From NCBI RefSeq assembly GCF_001194135.2, contig NC_068981.1, positions 57,729,092 to 57,793,091 on the forward strand: 64,000 nt of DNA, in the 5' to 3' direction. The position numbers and the translations under genes are program-made. Numbering within the stretch: the first letter of the stretch is position 1; each line of letters begins with the position of its first letter. Source of the DNA: Octopus bimaculoides (taxonomy: Eukaryota). Under the pieces are notes generated by a model that saw only the letters and a list, made by a program, of their open reading frames with translations, was not told the DNA's origin and did no database searches. Shown here piece by piece: positions 1-11,499 of the stretch.

Positions 1-1262
1 CATTTGGAAGCAATGGCTTCATTTAAGTTTCAAACATAAATGAGCATGTGCAAGTTCTGAATATTTGATGTCTAAAAGTTCATGTATGCTTTAATAATTT
101 ATGTATAGTAAAAGTTTAATGGTAAAGCTGTTAGATCAAGAAAAGGCTTTAAACTTTATTCTGGATTCTTGACCAAACACTATATCACAAGCATCTTTAC
201 TGGTTCCTTCTATACATCTTAAGCTAACCTCAAATTGATCTAGTCCTCTGTGAATTGCTTATTTAATACTTCTTAGGGTGTGCCAGTGAGAACAATCTGC
301 AATGCATTCTTCCTATGTTACAGAGCACTGCTCAATAATCTATGTTCCTAAATCAACTTTCAAATGTATTTACAAAACTTTATCCTCCAAAGACTCAATA
401 AAAGGGCTACTGATGACTGATTCACAAAATAAAATTTTCAAAAAACATGCTGTTGCTCCACGAGAATTGAAACAAGTTTCTATTTACTGATTTCAAATTT
501 AGAAATAGTACATTTCTAAATCTCTCAGATTTATGCAGTAATGATACGATGAAGTAGTTGTATGCTATCAACTTAATGTGACAGCATACAACTACTTCAA
601 AGTTTCTATTTATTCAGAGTATTTTCTTCATAAGGCACCTTGGACATGAGGGACAAAAATGTGATGTCACCATTGCTGCTATAAAGTAAATGAGCTTTTA
701 CTAATTAAAAATAAATAAACAATTATGGTAATTCTTAATGTTGCTGCTGGCTAAGTCAATGGATTGACAATATGAGGACAATGGTTGAGAATCTGTCACT
801 AACACTACCTACTTATATCCCTGACCATGATACTTGACACTAACTGGTCTATTTCATCAAATTGAAAATAATTACCAGGCACATGTATAATTCATCCTGG
901 TAAAAAGCTGGGGCACTTTAACTGAGAAATGTGTTGGTTAGATTGCAGTGCTGAGCTCATTCCTCTTTCCTTATCAGAGACATTAGATACAAATATTACA
1001 ATAATAATAATTTCTGCCATAGTAGAATTAAATGTCTCGCCTCAAGGTATTTTAATTAAAACATTACCAAAAATCTTTCTTCCATAGTTGTTCAAATTCT
1101 GGTCCTTTGTCAAATGTATTCCCACCAACTTTAGTCAATCACCCTCACATATTACCTATATTTTGCTCCATAATCTATCATGACCAACATTTAGTGTCTG
1201 CCTTGCTTTGAGCACCAACTCCAGTTTACCAGTCTGATACAACTTCAAAATTTCTTCAGTCA

Positions 1263-1582
1263 TCAATGCTGGTGGCACATAAAACACACCATTTGAGCGT
1301 GGCCATTGCCAGTGCCGCCGGACTGGCACTTGTGCAGCTGGCACATAAAAAGCACCATTTGAGCATGGCCGATGCCAGTACTGCCTGACTGGCCCTCGTG
1401 CTGGTGGCACGTAAAAGCACCCACTACACTCTCGGAGTGGTTGGCATTAGGAAGGGCATCCAGTTGTAGAAACTTTGCCAGATCAGATTGGAGCCTGGTG
1501 CAGCCTTCTGGCTTGCCAGCCCTCAGTCAAATCGTCCAACCCATGCCAGCATGGAAAGCAAACATTAAACGATGACGATGAT
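1263..1582 (+). mobile_element. RTE-LINE 3'UTR / SINE tail copy with ~65-bp internal tandem units and (GAT)n tail
   Basis: Same sequence as the 3' end of the RTE at 36564-37797, in the opposite orientation. Ends ...catgccagcatggaaagcaaacattaaacgatgacgatgat. Confidence 0.85.
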
Positions 1583-2089
1583 TACCTGGTCACCTAGTTC
1601 CGACATTTTTCTTCCTTTCTGTTTTAGGGAACAACATTGTGTTTGCATCAAAGAGAAGTTTTAATAGGAAATGCTTGACTAATATTCCATATTTTGAAAG
1701 ATAGCAATGGATTCTATGTTATTAAGGGGGCACTGTATTTTTACCTGGCAATTTGCTAAGACACAAAAACTGAAGGAAAAAAAATTCTAATATTTCAGAC
1801 ATGTTCCTGGAAGTTAGTATGTAAATATTAATCACTTGTAAGGATGTGGTATTTCATTATACAACCATAATATACTATAAAGTATAATAAACGTTTTTAT
1901 GAGCCAATATCAAATCCTACATAGTTAGCATTGTGCTTTACATCACTTATTAGGGTTATCGCTATAATGTCCATAGAATATCTATAGAGATAACCCTAAC
2001 AAATATTTTAGAAGGATTGTACTAATAAAGAATATTTCAAATACCTTACTAACCACTGTTGTTGTCATGTGTGATATGTGTGTGATGTA

Positions 2090-2122
<33 letters not shown>

Positions 2123-2993
2123 GTACAAATATTGGACAAAGATGTGTCTTCCACCTTGTCACAGTAAAGGCAACCAGTCAAGAAGAGCAATATCTCCCAA
2201 CAAAAACTGACACAAGGTAAGAAGAATCATTGTTCCAGCTGCAGACAACTGTAGCACAATAAAATGCATTCAATCTACACTATAAGGTAGTTAGGCAAAA
2301 GAAGGATATAGATACAAAAACAATACAAAAAAAAAAGAAGCTCCTGACATACACAGTAACAAAGATTGGCAGTTTACTCTGTTACTGTGTGTGTCAAACA
2401 ACAAGGTAGAACAACTGGTGAGCTAATGAGGGACCCATTCAACCAGTGTCAGTATGGAAAAACATGTAGAATGATGTTTTATAACCACCTAGAATAATAC
2501 AGCCATCTGAAAGTTTTTTTTCCTACCCTCACTATCAAAACATAAACAGGAGTTTGAGATAAATATCTACAGTTGAATTATCTGTAAGCAATCAACTACA
2601 GTATATACTAAAACTGATCTTTTCAATCCTAGAAAGGGAGTGAGAAGCAAAGATAATCCCATTAGAGCTTGGACACAAAACAATGTGGTACAAATTTAGT
2701 TACAGCAAAGCATTCATTCCAGTATTCTGCTGCATCATCTTTAGTTGCTCCTACTGCTTATATATATACTATAATAATAATAATAATAATTTTAGGGAAT
2801 AAAATCCAAACTTACAAGGGAAAAAATTCAATTTAGCAAAACTAAATCAAATTTCAAAATATAAAATATATGTATATAATTTAGAGAAAAACTGCTATTT
2901 AATAATTTATTAATGAAGAATATAATTCATACCCTCCAGAAAATAAATATCATAAACACCTTATTCTAAAAATACAATATAGTACATAAGAAT

Positions 2994-3121
2994 GACTACG
3001 CACGTTTCATGGCTATATTTTCAAATAGATAACTAATAAAACCAATTCGATTATTAATTCTATTAATAATCAAATCGATCTATAATTAAATCTATTTAAA
3101 AATATAGTTACTTGTCAGGTC
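2994..3121 (-). ncRNA. Mirror-image hammerhead copy with core mutation (CTGACAA, G8A)
   Basis: The reverse complement reads GAC-CTGACAA-G...long stem II...T-GAAA-CGTGCGTA-GTC and is near-identical to the copy at 3373-3500. Confidence 0.55.
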
Positions 3122-3372
3122 TAAAATAAAATAAAAATAATAAATAAACAAATGATTGAAAAACATTTAATGATATTTCTTAAAATAAAATCATAACTTA
3201 CCTTTTCAAAAAGATAAGTTATGATTTTATTTTAAGAAATATCATTAAATGTTTTTCGATCATTTGTTTATTCATTGTTAAAACAAGTATTTTTTATATA
3301 TTTATTTGATATTTATTGTAAGTTATAATACGTCAATTGGTTTTTTATTATTATTATTTTTATTTTATTTTA

Positions 3373-3500
3373 GACCTGATGAGTGACTATATTTTTAAAT
3401 AGATTTAATTATAGATCGATTTGATTATTAATAGAATTAATAATCGAATTGGTTTTATTAGTTATCTATTTGAAAATATAGCCATGAAACATGCGTAGTC
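3373..3500 (+). ncRNA. Type I hammerhead ribozyme motif with long stem II (Penelope-like/retrozyme type)
   Basis: GAC (3373-75), CTGATGA (3376-82), ~103-nt hairpin stem II (GTGACTATATTTTTAAATAGAT...ATCTATTTGAAAATATAGCCAT), GAAA (3486-89), C-ATGC-G, TA (cleavage after 3497), GTC (3498-3500). Stem I is only 3 bp; activity is untested. Confidence 0.65.
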
Positions 3501-3757
3501 ATTCTTTTATGTACTATATTGTATTTTTAGAATAAGGTGTTTATAATATATTTATTTTTTGGAGGGTATGAATTATATTCTTCATTACTGATCGATTTAA
3601 TAGCGGTTTTTCTCTAAATTATATATATATATATATATATATTATGGCAACCGACTAATTGTCACGTATTACATTATAGATAAATTCTTCTATTTATCTA
3701 ATATTGAGATCTCATTCATTCTTTTGTTGTCCTATTATTATTATTATTAACATATAT

Positions 3758-3896
3758 NNNNNNNNNNNNNNNNNNNNNNNNNNNNNNNNNNNNNNNNNNN
3801 NNNNNNNNNNNNNNNNNNNNNNNNNNNNNNNNNNNNNNNNNNNNNNNNNNNNNNNNNNNNNNNNNNNNNNNNNNNNNNNNNNNNNNNNNNNNNNNN
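3758..3896. other. Assembly gap (N); others at 31212-31221, 37183-37407 and 58038-58466
   Basis: Runs of n in the sequence. Confidence 0.99.
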
Positions 3897-4483
3897 TATA
3901 CTCATATATTTATTAAATATGTATTCATATGCACAATTTTCATAATTTGAAGATGAAGAGACCCTTATGGTTTCCTAATAGCAATTAAGATCATTATATT
4001 ATTTGTTCCACATTGAGTGATGGTGGATCAATAACGGTGATGAGTGAGTACACATTCTCTAACTTTCTCTTCTCCAATGTTTATTTGAGTGTTTTCTTTT
4101 TCTTTCAGCTTGTGCACTTCATTGAAAGGTTACGATCGAAGGAGAGACCGCATTGTCTGACCTACAAATGTTATTAGCTGATTCTCATCAATTACAACAG
4201 GATGTTGGAAAGACGACATCAAGAACAAATTTTAAAGTGCTGTTCTCAGTCCATCAGTTTATATTCTTAGGGTTTGCAGTAGTAATCTACTAATGGAAAA
4301 GGATCCCAGTAAAAAGAGGCCATAACAAAATGTTGAGGTGTGGTCCATCAGCTGATACAATCTTGTACTGTTGTATCACACGATTATGAAAAGTCAATCA
4401 AAGGCTAGTAGTATTCAGTTGGGATTCCACATAGTAAATAACATGCAAGTTTGTAAACCACTTCAGTTGTGGTTTCCTCTTAC

Positions 4484-4504
4484 CTCTTGGAGTAGGTTGA
4501 AATC
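4484..4504 (-). CDS. AASS: Candidate 21-nt AASS microexon in the LKR-SDH linker
   Basis: gttttaattttag|GATTTCAACCTACTCCAAGAG|gtaaga. Strong splice sites on both sides, length a multiple of 3, open in the required phase 2 (R-ISTYSK-R/S). No homology or transcript evidence. Confidence 0.35.
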
Positions 4505-4777
4505 CTAAAATTAAAACAATTACCAAGAATGATGCATGATGCAAACAATTAAAAACAATATATCATTATCCGTTGCAAAAATGTTCCTGTTCCATCAAGC
4601 ATTTAAAACATTTACATCAACATTATTCAAAAGATCTAAGACATTTTCTCTCTCACAGAAAAGTGAAATCTCCATTATTCATTTTAATTAACACAGCTAC
4701 ATACTGCAAGTCAACTTCAAATTAAACGGTTATGAGTAAATCTAAACAGTCTACCAGTCCATTTAATTCTCTTCAAT

Positions 4778-4815
<38 letters not shown>

Positions 4816-6740
4816 TTGATTAAAAGCTTCTCTTTACCAATGACTCACATAATTATTTTCTATTTCAAATACATCTGCATTGACCAAAGCCTTCAACATC
4901 TACAAATTTCAGCCAGCAGGTGAATTTTAAATGACCTGCAGTAATTAATCTTTTGTGCTACTTATTCATAGGTGTCAGACAGTCTGATATCCACAAAACG
5001 CTGGTCTCTTCTACACTATCCATCTTAAATTCCATTCCTATTTCTACCTTTGCACTTAATAAAACTTTAAACTACACTTATTAGAAACAAATATACTGTA
5101 TAAAAAATTTTCTGATTGCTCCTAACAGTAAATTTGCTTTATGTAAGACTTCTGCAAAGTAACCCAAAACACTCAATATAACCCTTGTTCACCGGTTTCA
5201 GGAACTAGAATACCAATACCATGAAGTGGTTTTCTGTAAATACCAATTATTCAGTGCAGTTTCAAAAGAACTCTCTAATCCATTTCAAAATTCATTTCCA
5301 TTAACTTCTCATGATCTTCCTTTATTTCCACATTAAACTGAAATGGCTTTTTCCCCAATATTGAAAGCAACACCTACATCTCTTTTAATCAACTTCAGAG
5401 CCCTTCAAAGACATGTTATTTGCCAATAAGACAAACCTGTATTCCGGCACACACATTAAATGCAATACTTGTAGCAGGACCTACAAACAAATAGCCATTT
5501 CTTCCAGCAGTGTAAACTTTTATCATCTTCTAATGGAAATCAAATAAGCCAAAAATTAGTTTAAAATTTTAAAATACAAATGTTATTTTGTTCAAGAATA
5601 AAGAACTGCACCTCTGTTAGACATCTCTTAATTTCATATATCTTCATTACATATTCTATGGTTCTCAATGAAAGTCTTGTAAATGTTCTTGAAAACTTCA
5701 CATATGTCAAAACTACAGCAAAGAAAATTCACTTTCTCTTTAGGGAAAAATATTTTAGCTTTGAGCAACTGTCAATTCTTAAGATAAAATATTTCTTCCT
5801 AATTAAATGTGGTGCTTGGGCTTGCTGTGCAACATCCCTACATTACAGAAAACCTTCCACTGTTTGTTACTGACTGGAATCATCTTTTTGTTTCTTGTAG
5901 CCCACCTATAAGAGTTGTGAGTTTTCATAATCTAGTGTTCACTTAAACTCACCAATGACACTCATTTCTGTCTCCTCAGACCCATGTTCTACATCTTTCT
6001 CCACAACTATCATTATAAGTAAGTCTTCAATCTAAATATTGTAACTGTATAAAACACTCTTCATGTATTTTCAAAATATGCAATCTTTTAAGTTTTCAAA
6101 TTCTAAAATCAATCTTTTTCTTCAACCCTCTAACTCATTAAAATCTCAGGTTATCAGAAATATAATGTGAAACAGTTTGAACAGGATTAAAAGAAATGTA
6201 AGTAAGGAATTGGTTGATTCTCCAAAGTTAGTCTCATTTAAAACACACATATACACAAACTGAAAGTCATTCTTAGTGGTTAATCAAATTGGGATGAAGT
6301 TCTCTACATTGAATTAAGTGAGCTATGTATAATGTGCTTGACCAAAGAGGTGCAAAGAAAATGCCTATCAACAGTTTGTACTTGAGACTTTTAAGTCAAC
6401 TGTCCATCCTACAGTAAGTAATCTGACTACTTTCTATAGAAAATATTGGTGAGTCTAATACGAACTCTCTGATTGGAACTTGTAAATTATATACCTTTTC
6501 TAAGTTAAAATTCTTAAGAGACACCTTATACATATAAATGTCTATGTAGCTTCATTTACTTTTTTGTACAATAATTGTCATATAAGCATCGTCTCATTGC
6601 TATTTCAGAATAACACAGAAATGTGCAATCACTCTCTAAAACATTTGTAATAGGTACTTTAACAAGTCAATCATTGAATCTGTCCTTCTTTTCAAACATA
6701 TTCTTATTAACTTTTTTAATGTAATAAACAAATATATATA

Positions 6741-7020
6741 GGTGCAGGTATTGATGTGTTGTTAAGAAGCTTCATTTGCAACCATGTAGTTTCAGGTTCA
6801 GTCCCACTGCACAGCAACTTGAGCAGGTTTCTTCAACAATAGCTTCAAGCCAACCAATGCCTTGTGAGTAAATTTAGTAGATGTTAACAGTGTGGAAGAA
6901 AGTTGTGTGTGTATGTGTGTTTGTCCCCCATCGACAAATTGACAACCAGTGTTGGTTTATTTATGTCCCCATAACTATTGGTCTCAAAAGACAAATAGAA
7001 TATGTACCAGACTTTAAGCC
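6741..7020 (+). mobile_element. tRNA-derived SINE
   Basis: Degenerate A/B-box head (gtgttgttaag...ggttcagtccc) followed by a shared body and a (GT)n tract. Similar copies at 12878-13258 and 23636-24040, partial copy at about 50540-50800. Confidence 0.75.
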
Positions 7021-7040
7021 CATTAAAAGCAGCATAAAAA

Positions 7041-10000
7041 ATCATCATCATTATTTAACGTCAGTTTTCTATGATGACATGGGTTTGATGGTTTGACAAG
7101 AACAGGTAAGGCCAGGAATCACAACAGGTTGCATTGTTTGGCATGGTTTCTGAAGCTGGATGCACTTCCTAACACCAACCACTTTACAGAGTGTATTGGA
7201 TGTTTTTTTATGTAACACCAGTACCAGTACTTTTAATGTGGCACCAACACAAGTACTTTTTATGTGAGACTAGCACCAGTATCAATTCTGCAATGGTGAA
7301 CAGGTTTTCTTGAATACAAGGCACCAGATATCTTCGTCCTCTGTTATTTCCTTTGAGATCAGCCTTCAATACTTTGTCGTATGTCTTCCTGGCTTTCCCT
7401 CCACTTTGAGTAATTGGCACTTCTGTATGCAACTGTCTACATCTATATACATCATACAACCAAACCAGCACAGTCTTCTCTCTTGCACAATGCATATAAT
7501 TTCTCTTATGCCCAACTTTTCTTTCAATACACTAGTGCTGTTGCTCATGTACATTGTATTGGGTCATCCCATAAATAATGTGTTTTTTTTACAACTGCAT
7601 GAACTAAAAGTCAGTTGTTATAAAAGCAGGTAGTAATTTTACCTTGTACTTATTCTTAGTGCAAGTTTTGAAGAGTGCAGTTCGATTTTAACAATTATTT
7701 TTTCAAAGCTATAATGGAAGTGACAAAGGAGCATATTTGGCATATTTTGCTTTATGAGTTCAATAAAGGCAACAATGCAACAGAAAGTGCAAGAAATATT
7801 AATGCAGTATATGGGGATTGGACAATAAGCGTAAGCCAGTGTTAATGGTGGTTCCAGAAATTCCGAGCTGGAAACTACAGCCTAGAAGACAAGCCTCATC
7901 CTGGAAGATCTGTAGAGCTCAATGAGAAAGTCCTACAAACTCTGGTGGAACAAAATCTCATTGTAACTGTTGAGTAATTAGTAGAGAAGCTTAGATTCGG
8001 TAATTCAACAACTCATCAACACCTGCGTGCCATTGGAAAAGTCAGCAAATTGGGTCAATGAGTTCCTCACAAACTTTCTGAGTCTAATCACGTGCAGAGA
8101 GTGAATGTGTGCTCTTCTTTGCAGTCATGTCTCAAAATGAACCTTTTTTTAGACCGAGTAGTGACTGGTGACGAGAAATGGGCTCTCTATAAAAATGTCA
8201 ACCGCTGAAGAGTGAGTAGGGAAAGGAGAAACACCGGCAACCCAGGCTAAAGAAGGTCTTCACTCACATAAGGCGTTGCTATCTCTTTGATGGGATAGGA
8301 AAGGTTTAGTCCACTTTGAACTTTTAAACACAAACTAAATGATAATAAAAGAGATCTACTGCAAGCAGCTTGAGTGGCTTAAGTCAGCATTAGAAGAAAA
8401 ACAACCATCTTTGATTTCAAGACAAAAGGTGTTCTTCTGTCAGGATAATGCTCAGCCACATACAGTGAGGATGACATTTCAAAGGCTGGAGCAGTTTGAA
8501 AGGGAAATGATGCCCCACCCACCATATTCACCGGACATTGTCCCTTCTGATTATCATTTATTCCACAGTCTTCAAAACCATTTGGATGGAAAAAATATGA
8601 ATTCTGTAGACAAGGTCAGAACAGTACTGGAGGAGTATTTTTCGTCACAGACAAGTGAGTTTTGGAAGAGGGCCTTGCAAGTCTACCAGATAGATGGAAG
8701 AGCATTATAGAAAATGAAGGAGAGTATATTTTAGATTATAAAAGAACCCTGTTTATCTTAATTTTGAAAAATAAAAGAAGTATAAAAAAAACTGCATTAT
8801 TTATGGGATAACCCAATACATCCAGCAGAGTATAGTAGCTTCATTCCTCTCTGGCTTTTGCATGTCTTGCATTCAAGGCCCTTGTCTCACTACCATGTAG
8901 CATTACTGTTCATATACATGCATCATACAATCTTCCTCTCACTCAGAAAGAGAGAAACTTTTGGTTACCAACAAAGTAAAAGCTCTCGAAATTTTCTCCA
9001 TCCTATTCTAGCAATTACACTTTCTGTGTGCCCCACCCCACAGATAATTAGGTCCCCTAGATAACAGAAATTATCCACTCTCTCTAGAGTCTCCAGGGCA
9101 TTTGAGAAAATCTATTTCCTGAGGATCTGTAGTTTTTGTGGCTCCTGTGCATCTTCCACATACAAACACTACCTTCTCTGATAACCTTCCCATAATTTCA
9201 CTGCACTTCTTGTGTGCCCATAGCTTGCACTAGGTAAACTGTACAGAATTTTTGCCTACATTTTTCCTACATATTGAGCAGGGCTATTTACCTGATGGGG
9301 TTAGGGGCCTGTCTGTTTTCTTGCTTACTAGAACTTTAGTCTTTGCTAAGTTGACTTTAAGGCCCTTTGATTCCAGGTTTAGCTTCTACATCTGAAATTT
9401 CTTTTCTAATTCTGTTACAGAATCTGCTATAAGAGCAAGATCAACAGCATACAACAATTCCCAGGGGCAGCCAATTTTAAATTCCTTTGTATAGCCTGGA
9501 GGAAGATGATGAATGCCTACCTGTACACTAAATTCATCACTATACTCATGGGTAACTCTCACTCTAATGAGAGAACCTCTGTACATGGCTTGTACGGTTT
9601 TCACAAGCCACTCATCAACCCCTAACTTTCTCAGAGCCTACCATATCAGAAAACAGAGTACTCTGTAAAAGGCTTTCTCTAAGGCAACAAATGCCAAATA
9701 TACTGGCTTTTTCTTAACAAACATACTTCTTCTGAAGTTGTCTGACTATAAAGATAGTGTGAGTAGTGCTTGCTCCTGGCACGAACCCAAACTGCATTTC
9801 ATCTAATCTGATTCTGCTCCTAATTAATTGAGCTATAACACTTTCCATAACTTTCATGACCTGGTCCAGCAACTTGATGCCTCTGTAATTACTTCTATCT
9901 ACGGCATCACCTTTACCTTTGTAGCAGCTGACTATAATGCTTCTACACCAGTCATTGGGGATAACACATTCCTGAATAATCTGATTAACTATACGGGTGA

Positions 10001-10255
10001 CTAGACTATATCCTACTCAGTCAGATATTTCAAGCATCTCAGCAGTGACTCCCAACAGACCAGGGGCTTTTGTTGTCATCATATCCTTAATTGCTTTATC
10101 TATCATACTGCTGTCAGCACAAATAGCCAGTCCCTCTACTGGTTTCACATAGGGGAGATTCCCTTTCCCCCATTTGTTCTTCACATTCAACATCCTTTCA
10201 TAGTATCACATCCACACTTCTTTCTTTTTTGAGTCACTGAATACAAGCATACCAC
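7041..10255 (-). mobile_element. Decayed RTE LINE (3' half), split by a mariner insertion
   Basis: (CAT)n tail at 7041. RT remnants such as 'MKTVQAMYRG..VRV...FSVQVGIH' and 'PWELLYAVDLALIA' (ORF 9386..9604). The RTE sequence joins across the mariner (acattgTA|TAcatccagc). Confidence 0.85.
7559..8816 (+). mobile_element. Full-length decayed mariner (Tc1/mariner DD34D), 1258 bp
   Basis: TIRs ttgggtcatcccataaataatg / cattatttatgggataacccaa; TA target duplications at 7557-58 and 8817-18. Transposase starts at ATG 7714 (MEVTKEHIWHILLYEF...) and has VTGDEKW, QDNAQPH and YSPDIVPSDY motifs, with 34 residues between the last two Asp. Several stops and frameshifts. Confidence 0.95.
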
Positions 10256-10299
10256 TGAACACAAGAATACAAAAATAAAATTTTAATTTAAACTCTCAC

Positions 10300-10370
10300 C
10301 TGAATTTATTCCTGAGGTCTTCTATATATTTAAAGTTGGGTGTCAACTGTCCATTTGATGTAATTACAGA
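10300..10370 (-). CDS. AASS: AASS coding exon 10 (71 nt), end of LKR domain
   Basis: Reads SVITSNGQLTPNFKYIEDLRNKF + AG. Acceptor atatttacag, donor GTGAGA, phase 0/2. No SDH-domain exon (GxGYVS motif) was found further left, so the gene continues beyond coordinate 1. Confidence 0.94.
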
Positions 10371-11499
10371 CTGTAAATATACAAAAATATAACCAAATAT
10401 TAAAAAAATATTTTTGTTGTTAAGAAGGTATACAGTTAATTCTACACTGCTTCATTTTAACTAGGTATATTTTGGGATAGTATATCAAATTCTGTAACAG
10501 AGGGAACCTAATTGACTGAGAAAGTGGAAAACATTTGATAATAGTGTATATGTTATGTAGTTGGTGGGTAACTGTTGTAATTGATAACAAATGAAATTCC
10601 CTCTCTGTAGTTAAAGTAACTTAAATTTTGCATTTATCAGAAATGTGATCTATTAGTAGTGGGATGTAAGCAGCAAAGAACTGAATATAGCTCATTGCAT
10701 GTATTCATTGTGAAGATCCAAGTTAGCCTTGGTCAAGAAATACTATGGCAAGAAGGAAGTCAGCTGAATAATGAGGAATGACCCACATATTCTCTTACAA
10801 GTAATATCAGTAATGCATCATATAGGGTGCAATGTAACAGAAAAGTGAAAGATGAATAAAGAGTAAATGGGTTTATGATTAGGGAGTAAATTTCAGTGGT
10901 TGAGGATTACAAGGATGGTGACTTTTCAAGTAAATCTATATAATGCAAAATTAATAAGGATACATGTTATATGCTGGTTGGAAGATTCCTGATGTATATT
11001 GAACCGTACGAGATAGTAGGAGAAAGCCACAGAAGGCTAAGAATGAAGAAGTTAGAAAGTCAAGTATTTGTAGCCAGGCGACACTTCAGTCACTCATTAT
11101 AATTCCACTTACAATAAATAAAAACAAGTTAATTGCCTTTTAACTGACACATAAAGAATGGTGTAAAGGGCAACGTGATGTATGGCTTTAGTTTCAGTTT
11201 CCAAATTAGAAGGATGTTTCAAAAATACATTTATAGCTAAATTCATAAAAGAAACCTTTTAAAACCCTTCTGATAAATGTTCTTAAAAAAAGTAATTGTT
11301 AAATAAATTAGAATTTATATCTTTCCGCCTTTCTCTTATTCAAAATCTAAAGACCAGAAACTTTCTTTTACAGGCTCAGTCTGGAAGTGGTGTCCATAAC
11401 CCTTGCAGGCTCCTTGAGCTGGTCAGGCATTAATGTTCAGTTTAAATTTGTTACTGGTCAACACAGCAGGAAAGAGATTCTAAAAGACTGTTGTTCTGG

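Larger units (their letters stand above)
2866..3630. repeat. Large AT-rich palindrome (inverted pseudo-LTR-like pair)
   Basis: Arms 2866-3207 and 3208-3630 are reverse complements with essentially no loop (ATAACTTACCTTTTC|AAAAAGATAAGTTAT). The right arm has an extra ~75 nt (3273-3347) and scattered substitutions. Confidence 0.9.

Noticed and set aside
1600-1700. Plus-strand acceptor-like tract (tttttcttcctttctgttttag|G at 1627)
   Set aside because: No partner donor or recognisable ORF; such tracts arise by chance in AT-rich DNA.
5953-6031. 79-nt minus-strand exon-like segment (aatatttag...ATTG|gtgagt)
   Set aside because: In the required phase 2 it hits TAA after five codons, and the open frame has no AASS resemblance. 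It could only be a poison exon, and there is no evidence for that.
6741-6830. tRNA-like heads (also at 12878, 22063 and 23636)
   Set aside because: They lack a complete cloverleaf and continue into SINE bodies, so they are not tRNA genes.
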